NCBI GenBank assembly: GCA_022449545.1
Contig: JAKUPN010000010.1
Span: forward strand, 3,571-67,570
Direction of reading: 5' to 3'
DNA: 64,000 bases
From: Alphaproteobacteria bacterium
GTDB taxonomy: Bacteria; Pseudomonadota; Alphaproteobacteria; UBA6615
Part shown: positions 1 through 12,043 of the stretch, in pieces
Numbering within the stretch: the first letter of the stretch is position 1
Layout of the letters: each line of letters begins with the position of its first letter
Made by a program: the position numbers and the translations under genes
Notes under the pieces: generated by a model
Databases searched by the model: none
Seen by the model: only the letters and a program-made list of their open reading frames with translations
What the model was told of the DNA's origin: nothing

Positions 1-461
1 TTGACAGAAATGCAGCTAATAATATGTTAAAGGATTTGATCAGTGATTTAATCAATAGTGGTTGCGAAGTTCGTGGTGACTTTGTAGCCAAATCACTTGA
101 TGATCGAATATCATTAGCCTCTGATGTAGATTGGATAACCGAATATTTAGACTCGATTATATCTATAAAGGTAGTAGATGGAGTTGAAGAAGCAATTAAT
201 CATATAAACAACTATGGTTCTAACCATACTGATGCGATTGTAACTGATGATATGGATGTGGCGGATCGCTTTCTTAACCTGGTAGACAGCGGAATTGTTA
301 TGCATAACACTTCTACACAGTTTGCTGATGGGGGTGAATTTGGTATGGGGGCTGAAATAGGCATTTCCACAGGGCGACTTCATGCTCGAGGCCCGGTGGG
401 TGCTGAACAGTTAACAACATATAAATACGTCGTTAGTGGCGACGGACAGTTACGGCCCTAG
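1..461 (+). CDS. proA: gamma-glutamyl phosphate reductase, C-terminal part (5' end outside window)
   Basis: The reading frame is open back to the window edge. The C-terminal sequence '[10 protein letters not shown]...[32 protein letters not shown]' is typical of ProA. It is followed by nadD-rsfS-rlmH, a common synteny. Confidence 0.9.
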   Translation, partial: DRNAANNMLKDLISDLINSGCEVRGDFVAKSLDDRISLASDVDWITEYLDSIISIKVVDGVEEAINHINNYGSNHTDAIVTDDMDVADRFLNLVDSGIVMHNTSTQFADGGEFGMGAEIGISTGRLHARGPVGAEQLTTYKYVVSGDGQLRP

Positions 462-463
462 CA

Positions 464-1069
464 GTGACCAATAAAAAGCCTAATTTTTCTCGGGGCAATC
501 GTCAAAAGATTGGATTATTAGGTGGATCATTTAATCCGGCACATAAGGGACATCTTTATATTAGTATTGAAGCCCTGAAAAGATTGCAGCTTGATGCGGT
601 TTGGTGGCTAGTGACCCCACAAAATCCACTTAAACCTAAATCAGAAACAGCACCAATAAATCGGCGTGTTAGTCTTGCTAACAAGATTGCCTGCCATCCT
701 AGAATTCATGTTACTACTATTGAAAGTCGGCTAGGTACAAATTTTACCGTAGATACATTAAATCGTCTTAAACAACAACTTCCCATGACAAGATTTGTAT
801 GGCTTATGGGATCAGATAATTTGATGCAGATGCATTACTGGAAGAGATGGAATAAGATTTTTAACATGATTCCCATAGCGGTTTTTGCAAGAGAAACATA
901 TGATTTCGGCGCTTTAGCAGGTGTTGCTTCAAATAGGTATAGTTTGAGCCGGGTTTCTGCTGACCGAGCAACTGATTTAGCTAATAGAGAGCCACCGGCG
1001 TGGACCTTTCTTCCACTGCGCTGGCATCCAGCAGCTTCTCGAGATATTCGCCAATCTGGCGAATGGTAA
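464..1069 (+). CDS. nadD: nicotinate-nucleotide adenylyltransferase
   Basis: Has the 'GLLGGSFNPAHKGHL' nucleotidyltransferase (H/T)xGH motif. Sits in proA-nadD-rsfS-rlmH synteny. Confidence 0.9.
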   Translation: MTNKKPNFSRGNRQKIGLLGGSFNPAHKGHLYISIEALKRLQLDAVWWLVTPQNPLKPKSETAPINRRVSLANKIACHPRIHVTTIESRLGTNFTVDTLNRLKQQLPMTRFVWLMGSDNLMQMHYWKRWNKIFNMIPIAVFARETYDFGALAGVASNRYSLSRVSADRATDLANREPPAWTFLPLRWHPAASRDIRQSGEW

Positions 1070-1114
1070 GCTGAACGACCAGAGTTGTTTTTTATATGTA
1101 TATACAAATAGGGA

Positions 1115-1513
1115 TTGAGAAATTTGACTGATTTGAAGAAAACTAAATCGAAAACAACAAAGAACATATTAAATGTAATTAAGGAATCATTAGAGGCTGA
1201 TAAAGCAAAAGATATTATTATCATATCCTTGGCCGGAAAGACCGATATAGCTGAAAATATGGTTATTGCCAGTGGTAGGTCTGCACGTCATGTAGATGCT
1301 ACTTCAGATCATCTAATAACTAATCTCAAAAACGCAGGTATAAAAGGTTTGCTTAGTGAAGGCAGAGAAAATAGTGACTGGGTCCTTATTGATACAGGTT
1401 TTGTAATAATAAATATATTTAGACCTGAAGTTAGGGCTCATTATGACCTCGAAAAACTCTGGGGGCCTGAGACTTCAAATAAAAAATTAAAACAAGTCAT
1501 CCTTACTCAATAA
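1115..1513 (+). CDS. rsfS: ribosome silencing factor RsfS (iojap family)
   Basis: Size (132 aa) fits, as does the 'DWVLIDTGFVIINIFRPEVRAHYDLEKLW' C-terminal signature. It lies between nadD and rlmH. The start appears to be TTG. Confidence 0.85.
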   Translation: MRNLTDLKKTKSKTTKNILNVIKESLEADKAKDIIIISLAGKTDIAENMVIASGRSARHVDATSDHLITNLKNAGIKGLLSEGRENSDWVLIDTGFVIINIFRPEVRAHYDLEKLWGPETSNKKLKQVILTQ

Positions 1514-1524
1514 CGATATTGGTC

Positions 1525-1986
1525 ATGAGAATTAGTATAGTGGCCATAGGCCGAGCCCGGATTAGCTTTGAAGCAAAGCTTTTTGAGTACTATTCGGATA
1601 AACTTACACAGTGGAAAATAACACTGATTGAAAAAGAAGTCCGGAAGCAGGTCGCACCTAATAAGACTATTAGTGCTGAAGGAGACTTGATATCAAGGGC
1701 TATTCCCAAAGACTCCTTTTTAGTAGCTTTGGATGAGAATGGAAAACAAGTATCCAGTAAAGAGTTTGCTAACATACTCTCTCATCAAAAAGATTTTGGG
1801 TGCGGAGAGATAACATTTTTAATTGGTGGTGCTAATGGTTTGTCGCCCACTTTGATTACACGAGCCGATCTGGTTCTATCACTTGGTCGCCTAACCTGGC
1901 CACATCTTTTGGCAAGAGTTTTATTAATAGAACAAATATATCGAGCTCAACAGATTATAATCGGGCATCCTTACCATCGTGGTTAG
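1525..1986 (+). CDS. rlmH: 23S rRNA (pseudouridine1915-N3)-methyltransferase
   Basis: SPOUT-type sequence with 'ITFLIGGANGL' and the C-terminal 'GHPYHRG'. The ORF track starts at a TTG at 1519; the ATG at 1525 ('MRISIVAIGR') fits the family N-terminus better. Confidence 0.88.
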   Translation: MRISIVAIGRARISFEAKLFEYYSDKLTQWKITLIEKEVRKQVAPNKTISAEGDLISRAIPKDSFLVALDENGKQVSSKEFANILSHQKDFGCGEITFLIGGANGLSPTLITRADLVLSLGRLTWPHLLARVLLIEQIYRAQQIIIGHPYHRG

Positions 1987-2050
1987 TCGCGACATTTATT
2001 AATAGTTACTTTATATATCAAGAAGGTAATTTTATTTATTGGGATTTATT

Positions 2051-2692
2051 ATGAATAAATTGATTCTATTAAGACACGGTCAAAGTAAGTGGAATCTAGA
2101 AAATAGATTTACAGGTTGGCATGACGTAGACCTAACGTCGCAGGGTGAAAGCGAGGCTATGAAGGCTGGAGTTTTAATTAAGGATATCATTTTAGATAGA
2201 GTTTATACATCAACATTGAAACGTGCTCGTCGAACAGCACAGTTGGCTCTTGAAAAGGCTGAGTTGGCTGGTGCTAATGTTAATAATATTAAACAAGACG
2301 GGCGTTGGTGTTTATTTGAGTATGAAGAATTACGTGAACGTGACTACGGTGATTTAGTAGGTTTAAACAAAACAGAGACAGCGGAAAAGTATGGCAAAGA
2401 ACAAGTCCACTTGTGGCGTCGTGGTTATGAGGTTAGGCCTCCATCAGGGGAAAGTCTGGCTGATGTAGTGAATCGTGTCCGTCCTTTTTTTGAAAATGAA
2501 ATTTGGCCGCAAGTAGTATTAGGTAAGAATATCTTAGTTGCCGCACATGGGAATAGCCTCAGAGCGGTGTTAGTTATAATCGGAGAATATGATCAGGAAG
2601 ATATTCCGAATATTGAACTACCGACTGGACGGCCACTTATCTTCGAAATTGAAAGTGGAATAAAGAAAAATCATTATTATTTGGAGGAATAA
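2051..2692 (+). CDS. gpmA: 2,3-bisphosphoglycerate-dependent phosphoglycerate mutase (histidine phosphatase family)
   Basis: Has the 'LLRHGQSKWNLENRFTGWHDVDLT' RHG catalytic motif and 'VAAHGNSLRA'. The track ORF starts at 2039; the ATG at 2051 is the more likely start. Confidence 0.85.
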   Translation: MNKLILLRHGQSKWNLENRFTGWHDVDLTSQGESEAMKAGVLIKDIILDRVYTSTLKRARRTAQLALEKAELAGANVNNIKQDGRWCLFEYEELRERDYGDLVGLNKTETAEKYGKEQVHLWRRGYEVRPPSGESLADVVNRVRPFFENEIWPQVVLGKNILVAAHGNSLRAVLVIIGEYDQEDIPNIELPTGRPLIFEIESGIKKNHYYLEE

Positions 2693-2704
2693 ATTATTAA
2701 GCTC

Positions 2705-3970
2705 TTGCATAAATTAATTTATTTTTTATTACCAATAATATTTTTGATGATAAATCTGGTAGAGCTAAATGCTACTGAGGAAATAGAAAAGGCACGTCAA
2801 AAACTGGAAAATATACACAACTCAATTGAAGTTGATAATAAAAGAAAGAAATCACTGAGTAAAAAACTATTAAAAAAGTCAAAAGAGCTGAATGAATTAA
2901 GAAAAAAATTGAGAAAAGTAGCAGGCAAAGCTCAAGAATATGAAGCAAAAATTTCCACTCTTGATTCCGATATTGAAAAATTAGTTTTTTTAAGTGAAAA
3001 CAAAAATAGGGAACTCAACACAGGTAAAAGTGATCTTAGGACTTCGTTAGAGGCACTTCAACGCATGTCATTAAGGCCTGCAACGGCTCTAATTATTAGA
3101 ACCGGTGATATAAATGATTTGATGCGCGGTGGTTTTTTGCTTAGGACACTTATTCCCAGAATTAAATTAGAAACAGAGCGGTTAGGAAAGCAGATTAATC
3201 AACTAAACCTTTTACGAAATACAATGACCGATAAAAAGGACAAGCAGAGGCTTATACGAAAATCATTAATCATTGAGCAAAAGAAACTTTCAGTTCTAGT
3301 GGCTACAAACAAAAAAATATTAGAAAAAAGTAATAAGAAAAGAAAACACATTGAGAAACGGATAGCTATACTAACCTCAAGTGCAAAATCTTTAAATGAA
3401 CTAATTATTAGGTTAAATGAAATCGAAGAGTTATTACCTAATCATAGTACCAGCAGGATGTATCAATCGGTCAACAGGGAAAACCAGCTTCTGGATCTTA
3501 ACAAAACTAAAATTTCTTCAGCCCAGGGAAGATTGATTCGCCCAGTAGAAGGTCTAATAATTCAACAGTTTGGCATTGAGACATCTTCTGGGAGAAAAAC
3601 TCGAGGGCTAATTTGGGAAATAAGAAAAGAAGCAGTTATTATATCGCCATGGGAAGGAAAAATTGTATATTCTGGAAACTTTAGAAATTTCGGACGTGTT
3701 TTGATTATCAATCATGGTGAAGGATATCATTCTTTGATTTCTGGTTTAAAAAGATCATTTGTCGAAATAGATCAGTGGGTGTTAACAGGTGAACCACTTG
3801 GTTTAGCTGGTGTAATGGTTTCAGAAGATTCTTTTGAAATAAATCAAGAATCAGAATCTCAATTAAACAAACAACTACGTACAACTCTTTATGTTGAACT
3901 TCTTAGACACGGACAACCAATAAACCCTTTGTCATGGATGGCAACTAGGGATAACAGGATTAATGGATGA
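2705..3970 (+). CDS. murein hydrolase activator, EnvC-like (coiled coil plus M23/LytM domain)
   Basis: N-terminal signal/TM segment, a long K/E/L-rich coiled coil, and a C-terminal LytM-like 'GRVLIINHGEGYHSLISGL'. Located upstream of ctpA, as in many alphaproteobacteria. Confidence 0.8.
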   Translation: MHKLIYFLLPIIFLMINLVELNATEEIEKARQKLENIHNSIEVDNKRKKSLSKKLLKKSKELNELRKKLRKVAGKAQEYEAKISTLDSDIEKLVFLSENKNRELNTGKSDLRTSLEALQRMSLRPATALIIRTGDINDLMRGGFLLRTLIPRIKLETERLGKQINQLNLLRNTMTDKKDKQRLIRKSLIIEQKKLSVLVATNKKILEKSNKKRKHIEKRIAILTSSAKSLNELIIRLNEIEELLPNHSTSRMYQSVNRENQLLDLNKTKISSAQGRLIRPVEGLIIQQFGIETSSGRKTRGLIWEIRKEAVIISPWEGKIVYSGNFRNFGRVLIINHGEGYHSLISGLKRSFVEIDQWVLTGEPLGLAGVMVSEDSFEINQESESQLNKQLRTTLYVELLRHGQPINPLSWMATRDNRING

Positions 3971-5235
3971 TGGGTTATTTATTTAAGTTGGTTTTTTTTG
4001 CACTTCTATCAGTGAATCTACTCTTATCTTTACCGTCTCAAGCGAATGAAGAGACTTATCGTCAGTTAGAACTGTTTGGAGATGTATTTGAGCGCGTTCG
4101 AACCCATTATGTGGAACCAACCAATGATCAAAAATTGATAGATTCCGCCATAAATGGTATGTTACGTTCTCTAGATCCTCATTCAAGTTATCTTAATGAA
4201 GATAGCTATCGAGAAATGAAGGTGCAGACACGTGGAGAGTTTGGCGGGCTTGGAATTGAAGTTACTTTGGAGCAGGGATACGTAAGGGTCGTTTCTCCTA
4301 TTGATGGTACGCCTGCAGCTCGAGCCGGTCTTGAAACAGGTGATTTAATAACTCATTTAGATGATAAATCGATACTTGGTTTGAATCTGTCAGACGCAGT
4401 TAAAAAAATGCGTGGTCGTGTAGGATCAAAAATTAAATTAACGATCGTTCGTGAGGAAAAGGATCCATTCGAAGTAACAATTACGAGGGACATTATCAAA
4501 ATTCAATCTGTAAAGTCTCGTATTGAAGGTAATATAGGTTACCTAAGAATTACTTCTTTCAATGAGAAGGCATACAGGGGTCTCTCTAGGGAAATTGAGA
4601 AAATCCGAAGTCAGTTAGGTGATAAAATGATCGGCTTAGTTCTAGATTTAAGACGCAATCCAGGTGGCTTACTTAGTCAGGCTATTAAAGTAAGCGATGC
4701 GTTTCTGGAACGAGGTGAAATTGTATCTACCCGCGGCAGAAAAGGTAAGAAGTCGCAAAGATATAATGCCAGGTCTGGTGATTTAATTGATGGCTTGCCA
4801 TTGGTTGTATTGATAAACGGTGGATCTGCATCTGCTTCAGAAATTGTTGCTGGAGCATTACAGGATCATCAAAGAGCCGTAATAATGGGTACACAGTCAT
4901 TTGGCAAAGGCTCTGTGCAAACCATTATGCCTATACCTAATCACGGAGCTGTAAGACTGACCACAGCGGCTTACTTTACGCCGAGTGGCAGGTCAATCCA
5001 AAAAAAGGGTGTAACGCCAGATATAGAAGTAAAACAGGCTAAAATTGAGACCTCTAGTCAATTGCCTCAATTACGTGAAAAAGATCTTAGGAATGCCCGT
5101 GACGAAGACAATAAAAAGGTAGGGAAGGTAAGTACTAAAAACAAAACCTTCGATCCTAATGATTACCAGCTTTCAAGAGCAATCGATCTTCTCAAAGGTA
5201 TTTCATTATATAAAATACGAACTTCTTCAAAATAG
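3967..5235 (+). CDS. ctpA: carboxy-terminal processing (S41) protease
   Basis: PDZ plus S41 signatures: 'GGLGIEV', 'DLRRNPGGLL', 'LINGGSASASEIVAGALQD', 'GTQSFGKGSVQ'. Confidence 0.92.
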   Translation: MMGYLFKLVFFALLSVNLLLSLPSQANEETYRQLELFGDVFERVRTHYVEPTNDQKLIDSAINGMLRSLDPHSSYLNEDSYREMKVQTRGEFGGLGIEVTLEQGYVRVVSPIDGTPAARAGLETGDLITHLDDKSILGLNLSDAVKKMRGRVGSKIKLTIVREEKDPFEVTITRDIIKIQSVKSRIEGNIGYLRITSFNEKAYRGLSREIEKIRSQLGDKMIGLVLDLRRNPGGLLSQAIKVSDAFLERGEIVSTRGRKGKKSQRYNARSGDLIDGLPLVVLINGGSASASEIVAGALQDHQRAVIMGTQSFGKGSVQTIMPIPNHGAVRLTTAAYFTPSGRSIQKKGVTPDIEVKQAKIETSSQLPQLREKDLRNARDEDNKKVGKVSTKNKTFDPNDYQLSRAIDLLKGISLYKIRTSSK

Positions 5236-5249
5236 TTATATATAAATAG

Positions 5250-5756
5250 ATGGTTATTAGAACAAGTAATCCCGATATTAGAGAATACCGTTTATGTGCG
5301 GGAATTATGTTATTCAATGAAATCGGTTTGGTTTGGACTGGAAGAAGGGTGGATGTCGAAGATTCATGGCAAATGCCTCAGGGTGGGATAGATACAGGTG
5401 AAAGTCCCATTTCTGCAGCTTATAGAGAATTGTATGAAGAAACTGGATGTCAAAGTGTAGAGCTAGTTGGCCAAACGACTGATTGGATCTTATATGATCT
5501 TCCTCAGGCTCTGGTTAAAAAGAGCTGGGGAGGAAAATTTCGAGGTCAAGCTCAAAAGTGGTTTGTTTTTCATTTTAAAGGTGATGATAAAGAATTTGAT
5601 TTGGCTAAAACAGAAAAACCTGAGTTTAGTGAATGGAAATGGACCAATATATATAAATTGGATGAATTTGTAGTAGATTTTAAGCGACCAGTTTATAAAC
5701 TTTTAGTGTCTGAGTTTAGGCACTATTCAGATAGTCTCTCAAAAGATTTAAGTTAG
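5250..5756 (+). CDS. rppH: RNA pyrophosphohydrolase (Nudix)
   Basis: Nudix box 'QGGIDTGESPISAAYRELYEETG' and the RppH-like 'FRGQAQKWF' segment. Confidence 0.9.
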   Translation: MVIRTSNPDIREYRLCAGIMLFNEIGLVWTGRRVDVEDSWQMPQGGIDTGESPISAAYRELYEETGCQSVELVGQTTDWILYDLPQALVKKSWGGKFRGQAQKWFVFHFKGDDKEFDLAKTEKPEFSEWKWTNIYKLDEFVVDFKRPVYKLLVSEFRHYSDSLSKDLS

Positions 5757-5825
5757 GCTATCTTTACAAGACAAATTAAGACACAGGCTTTTGGAAAAGC
5801 AAGAAAATAACAACATTGGAAGCAT

Positions 5826-6536
5826 ATGATGAATATTGAAGATGAAGTAGACAATAATTCTATTCAAAATTTTCAAATTATACCTATTATGCCGGAAGCA
5901 ATGGGAGTTTTTCATATAGCCAAAGAAAAGCATCTGGAATTTAAAATAAAAATAGAACAAATTTTGAATACTGCCGATGATAAATATAGAGGCCACCATC
6001 AGAGTAAAAGGGAGAGTATAGGTAATGACAGATTTCAAAATGTGTTATTAGATTTTCCCGAGTTAACAGAACTTCATTCTATTCTCAAAAATACGGCACT
6101 TAATTTCATAAAGGAATCTGGTTACCTGTGTGATGAAGTAATCATCACAGATGCATGGATTAACAAATATCCATTTGAATCTACTCTACCAAATCATAGG
6201 CACGCAAATTCATATATTTCGGGAAATTATTTCATAGATTATGACAATTCAATTAATTCACCACTAGTTTTTGTCAATGACAGACACATCACTAGTCATG
6301 CACCCTCTATAAAGCTTGAGGCGGATCCTTCCAAACCAACACCTTATAACAAACAAGAATATACAATCGTATGTGATGAGAGCATGGTTTTACTTTGGAA
6401 AAGCCATTTGCTTCATGGTGTCAAAACACCAGAAAAGGGAGAGGGCCGTATCACATTGAGCTTTAACGTCATGCCAAAAGTAGTTGGTACTGGCAAACAG
6501 TTTTCTTTTGCCGTTAGTGAAAATAACAGAGTGTAA
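5826..6536 (+). CDS. putative 2OG-Fe(II) oxygenase-fold protein (TIGR02466-like hypothetical)
   Basis: The pattern 'AWINKY...NHRHANSYISGNYF ... LLWKSHLLHGV ... GRITLSFNV' resembles the small cupin/2OG-oxygenase-like family common in marine bacteria and phages. The family call is from memory of the motif pattern only. Confidence 0.5.
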   Translation: MMNIEDEVDNNSIQNFQIIPIMPEAMGVFHIAKEKHLEFKIKIEQILNTADDKYRGHHQSKRESIGNDRFQNVLLDFPELTELHSILKNTALNFIKESGYLCDEVIITDAWINKYPFESTLPNHRHANSYISGNYFIDYDNSINSPLVFVNDRHITSHAPSIKLEADPSKPTPYNKQEYTIVCDESMVLLWKSHLLHGVKTPEKGEGRITLSFNVMPKVVGTGKQFSFAVSENNRV

Positions 6537-6636
6537 ATACCTTAAATTAAGAAATGTCAAAGAAAGAAAACGTTCTTTGCATATTGGATAATAAATTCAA
6601 AAACCTAATCAAAGTTATAGATTATATTTTTAAAAT

Positions 6637-7467
6637 TTAATGTGCTGGGGAGATTCTCTGGTTAGCTTTTGAATTAAGAAAAATGCAAGCAGCTTTTGCT
6701 GTTAAACCGGCAAGCTTAGCATGGGGTTTCAGTCCTACGGCCTTAAAAATTAATGTTATTCCTCTTTCAACGTGATGAGGCCGATAGAATCCATAGGCAC
6801 GAGACATATAAGCTCGAACGCACTTACGCCGATCGTAAATTTCACCATTATTATTAGCTGCATAATACGCATACGCTAATTCGTCATCTTCGCTCTCGCT
6901 AATTCTACTAATGCCAACAAGTATGCGTCTAATAACTCCTAACTTTTCAATTTTACGATAACGAGCCATATGACTATAAAAAAGCTTATAATGACGTATT
7001 TCATCACGGGCTATATTACGACAAATTTCTTCTAAAACTGGTTCATTCGTAGCTTCACCCAAGGCAGTATAGTATGAAGAAGTGCCTACCTCGACCATGC
7101 AGCGCGCAACTAACTCACCACAACGAGAACCTCTTACAGACTTTTTTGTGCTAGTCGGGAGAGTTATTTTAGAACAAAAATCATCGAAACGTTTATCAAA
7201 TTCGAATTCGGGATCAGCTAATTTGGCCCATTTAGCAAGGGCCTTGCCGTGTTGAACTTCTTCTTCTCCCCATCTTTTTGCTGCGTTCTGAAAATCGGGG
7301 TCATCATGAAAAACACTGCTAAGATAGTCAGCATAAGCTGCACCATTATTCTCAACTAGAGCTGCCCCTTTAACTACACGTAACATTTCTGGGTCAACAG
7401 CAGATGGATCAAATTTGTCCCAGGAAATATCGTCGAGTGTCCAATGTTTGGGATATTCCGTCATCAA
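6637..7467 (-). CDS. ferritin-like diiron-carboxylate protein (function unknown)
   Basis: Two ExxH motifs, 'EEEVQHG' and 'RDEIRHY', sit in predicted helical context. This is typical of diiron oxygenase/ferritin-like folds. Confidence 0.55.
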   Translation of the reverse strand: MMTEYPKHWTLDDISWDKFDPSAVDPEMLRVVKGAALVENNGAAYADYLSSVFHDDPDFQNAAKRWGEEEVQHGKALAKWAKLADPEFEFDKRFDDFCSKITLPTSTKKSVRGSRCGELVARCMVEVGTSSYYTALGEATNEPVLEEICRNIARDEIRHYKLFYSHMARYRKIEKLGVIRRILVGISRISESEDDELAYAYYAANNNGEIYDRRKCVRAYMSRAYGFYRPHHVERGITLIFKAVGLKPHAKLAGLTAKAACIFLNSKANQRISPAH

Positions 7468-7676
7468 ATTATCTTTTGCCTTCTTAATCCTAAAACAGTT
7501 AAATCTTCAATCCCTAATCCAGATAAGACGTAATTGTACTTCTAGCAATCCCGAAGGTTAAAACAGGTTAGCATTCAAGTTCAGTGTAGCCTAATAAATA
7601 ATGATTATGATAGCGAAAAATTACTGTCTGATGAAAGCAGGGTTTTAGTTAAATATTGCCCGAACCTAGTAAAATC

Positions 7677-8096
7677 TCATTGATAAACGGGAGAATCGAG
7701 AGCTTTCAGCTTAGCTTGGGCAATTTCAACGTTTGTTTTAGCTTCTTTTTGACTTAAGGGATCGTTATTTCTATTAATTTCTTCAAGACATTCTTTTAAC
7801 TCTGCCTCTACAAGTGTTCTATCAATTTCGTCGACAGGTAGGGCTACTTCAGCTAATACAGTACATCGGCTTCCTGTAACTTCTGAAAAACCACCAGCTA
7901 CAAATATCTTAGAGGTAATTGTTCCGTCAACGTAAGTATTTATAACTCCGGGTCGAACACTAGATATCATCGGTGAATGTCCGGGAAGAACACCAAAATC
8001 ACCTTCTGCGCCTGGAACGACAACCATATTTAATTCTTCAGATAAAACTAATCGCTCGGGAGATACTAGCTCAAATTTGACTTTTGATTCAGACAT
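7677..8096 (-). CDS. atpC: F0F1 ATP synthase subunit epsilon
   Basis: Last gene of the atpHAGDC operon. N-terminal beta-sandwich sequence 'FELVSPERLV...VPGAEGDFGVLPGHSP'. Confidence 0.95.
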   Translation of the reverse strand: MSESKVKFELVSPERLVLSEELNMVVVPGAEGDFGVLPGHSPMISSVRPGVINTYVDGTITSKIFVAGGFSEVTGSRCTVLAEVALPVDEIDRTLVEAELKECLEEINRNNDPLSQKEAKTNVEIAQAKLKALDSPVYQ

Positions 8097-8107
8097 TTAC
8101 AAATTAC

Positions 8108-9529
<1,422 letters not shown>

Positions 9530-9568
9530 CTATTTTCTCCTGCCTTAGCTAGTTGTTCTAGATCACGG

Positions 9569-10480
9569 CTATAAAGCTTCTGCGCCGGAAATAATTTCAA
9601 TCAATTCTTTGGTGATAAACGCCTGTCTAGTTCTATTATAGTTAATCGTTAACTGGTCAATGAGGTCTCCTGCGTTACGTGTTGCATTGTCCATAGCTGC
9701 CATTCGAGCCCCTTGTTCAGAGGCAAAAGATTCCAGCATCGCACGAAAAACTTGTATCGACATATTTTTTGGAAGAAGCTCCGCAAGAATAGCATTCTCT
9801 TCAGGCTCATATTCATAGGAGACTGGTATGTCGTCACTTTGATTCTCTTGATTTGATGTCTCTGAGTTTTCATCAGAAGATGTATTTAATGCAAAAGGTA
9901 TAAGTTGTTGAGGGGTTACTATCTGTGTAAGAGCAGACTCGAAACGATTATAAACTATTGTGCAGACGTCAAATTCAACGTTCTCGTACATACTAGTTAT
10001 TCTTTTGGCAATTTCGGCTGCCGTATTAAACAGGGGGGCGGGCTTAGCTGTATCCTCAATAGTATCTATGATTTTTTCGCCAAATTCTGATCTTAAAATT
10101 CCCTGTCCTTTTCTGCCTACAATCAATAGTTTTACGGTTTTTCCTTCATTGGTTAATTTGTTAACCTGTTGTCTTGTCCAGCGACCTATATTTGTATTGA
10201 AACCACCGCATAGACCACGATCAGTAGTCATAACAACTATGAGATGAACCTCATCTTTCCCCGTTCCTGCTAATAATTTGGGTGCGCTTGAGATATCGCT
10301 AACGCTTGCGGCAACAGAACCAAGCATTCGCTCCATTCTTTCAGCATACGGTCTAGCTGCTTCAGCTTGTTCTTGTGCGCGCCTTAATTTAGCAGCAGCC
10401 ACCATTTTCATTGCTGAAGTTATTCTTTGGGTCGATTTAACCGAAGCTATACGGACCCTTAGGTCTTTTAGGTTTGCCAT
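9569..10480 (-). CDS. atpG: F0F1 ATP synthase subunit gamma
   Basis: '[36 protein letters not shown]' and the C-terminal '[15 protein letters not shown]'. Confidence 0.96.
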   Translation of the reverse strand: MANLKDLRVRIASVKSTQRITSAMKMVAAAKLRRAQEQAEAARPYAERMERMLGSVAASVSDISSAPKLLAGTGKDEVHLIVVMTTDRGLCGGFNTNIGRWTRQQVNKLTNEGKTVKLLIVGRKGQGILRSEFGEKIIDTIEDTAKPAPLFNTAAEIAKRITSMYENVEFDVCTIVYNRFESALTQIVTPQQLIPFALNTSSDENSETSNQENQSDDIPVSYEYEPEENAILAELLPKNMSIQVFRAMLESFASEQGARMAAMDNATRNAGDLIDQLTINYNRTRQAFITKELIEIISGAEAL

Positions 10481-10513
10481 CTTTAGTTTGGTCCGTGCGT
10501 TACCTTAATAATT

Positions 10514-12043
10514 CTAGGCAAAGGTTTTTACAAAATCTGAAACTACTTGATCAAGTTTAGCATCTGTCGATTCATCAAGATCGCCTGTTTCTTTAATTGC
10601 ATTTATAATTTCTGGGTGACTGGAACGAATATGCTCAAGCAATTGACCCTCAAATCTATTAATTTGATTCACATCAATTTTATCAAGATGACCCCTTACA
10701 CCTGAAAATATAGCTATCACTTGATCTTCAACTGACATTGGAGAGTATTGCGGCTGTTTCAGTAATTCTGTTAGTCTTTCACCACGCGCTAGCAGTCGTT
10801 GCGTCACCTGATCAAGATCGGAAGCAAACTGAGAGAAGGCTTCCATCTCTCTATACTGTGCTAGTTCCAACTTTATAGTGCCGGCCACTTTCTTCATGGC
10901 TTTAGCTTGGGCAGCAGATCCAACACGACTGACCGATAGACCAACATTTATTGCTGGACGAACTCCTTTATAGAAGAGGTCAGTTTCAAGAAAAATTTGA
11001 CCATCAGTTATGGATATAACATTAGTTGGAATGTATGCAGACACGTCATTTGCCTGTGTTTCAATGACTGGTAAGGCGGTTAAAGAGCCACCTCCATTTT
11101 CTTCGTTCATTTTTGCAGCTCGTTCCAACAGCCTAGAATGAACATAGAACACGTCACCGGGATAAGCCTCTCGGCCGGGCGGACGACGCAGCAATAAGGA
11201 CATTTGACGATAGGCAACGGCTTGTTTTGATAAATCATCATAAATTATCACTGCATGCATGCCATTATCGCGAAAATACTCGCCTATTGCACAGCCAACA
11301 TAGGGAGCGAGAAATTGAAGAGGAGCGGGTTCTGAAGCCGAAGCGGCAACCACCACGGTGTAGTCCATTGCTCCCGAGTCCTGAAGGGTTTTTACTACTT
11401 GTGCTACTGTTGATCGTTTCTGTCCAATGGCAACATAGATACAATAAAGCTTTTTAGATTCATCTCCTGAATCATTAATGGTTTTTTGATTCAAAATGGT
11501 GTCTATTGCGACCGCAGTTTTTCCGGTTTGTCGGTCGCCGATAATTAATTCCCTTTGCCCGCGGCCAACGGGCACAAGTGAATCTAACGCCTTAAGGCCT
11601 GTTTGCATTGGTTCAGATACAGACTCTCGTGGAATTATGCCAGGAGCTTTGACTTCTACCAGCCTTCTTTCAGTCGATTCGACAGGTCCTGCACCGTCAA
11701 TAGGGTTTCCCAAAGCATCTACAACGCGCCCTAGAAGGCCTTTTCCAACAGGTACATCAACAATATCTCCGGTTCTTTTAACAGTGTCTCCTTCTTTGAT
11801 GTCTCGGTCATCACCAAAAATAACAATTCCAACGTTGTCAGTTTCTAGGTTAAGGGTCATACCCTTAATCCCGCCTGGAAACTCGACCATTTCACCAGCT
11901 TGTACATTATCAAGGCCATAGACTCTTGCTACGCCATCGCCAACCGACAAGACTTGTCCTATTTCAGACACATCTGAACCTGCGTCGAAATTAGCGATCT
12001 GATCTTTTAAGATCGCTGAAATTTCTGCTGCACGTATTTCCAT
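10514..12043 (-). CDS. atpA: F0F1 ATP synthase subunit alpha
   Basis: Walker A 'GDRQTGKTA'; full-length alpha subunit. Confidence 0.98.
   Translation of the reverse strand: MEIRAAEISAILKDQIANFDAGSDVSEIGQVLSVGDGVARVYGLDNVQAGEMVEFPGGIKGMTLNLETDNVGIVIFGDDRDIKEGDTVKRTGDIVDVPVGKGLLGRVVDALGNPIDGAGPVESTERRLVEVKAPGIIPRESVSEPMQTGLKALDSLVPVGRGQRELIIGDRQTGKTAVAIDTILNQKTINDSGDESKKLYCIYVAIGQKRSTVAQVVKTLQDSGAMDYTVVVAASASEPAPLQFLAPYVGCAIGEYFRDNGMHAVIIYDDLSKQAVAYRQMSLLLRRPPGREAYPGDVFYVHSRLLERAAKMNEENGGGSLTALPVIETQANDVSAYIPTNVISITDGQIFLETDLFYKGVRPAINVGLSVSRVGSAAQAKAMKKVAGTIKLELAQYREMEAFSQFASDLDQVTQRLLARGERLTELLKQPQYSPMSVEDQVIAIFSGVRGHLDKIDVNQINRFEGQLLEHIRSSHPEIINAIKETGDLDESTDAKLDQVVSDFVKTFA

Noticed and set aside
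835-1224. 129-aa - strand ORF spanning the nadD/rsfS junction, and 130-aa - strand ORF at 56535-56927
   Set aside because: Both overlap well-supported + strand genes and translate to low-complexity sequence without motifs. They are judged spurious.
9780-9900. Acidic S/E/N/D-rich insertion in AtpG ('[28 protein letters not shown]')
   Set aside because: This region, just upstream of the conserved YEFEP-type segment, is naturally variable in length and composition among gamma subunits. It is not evidence of anything unusual.
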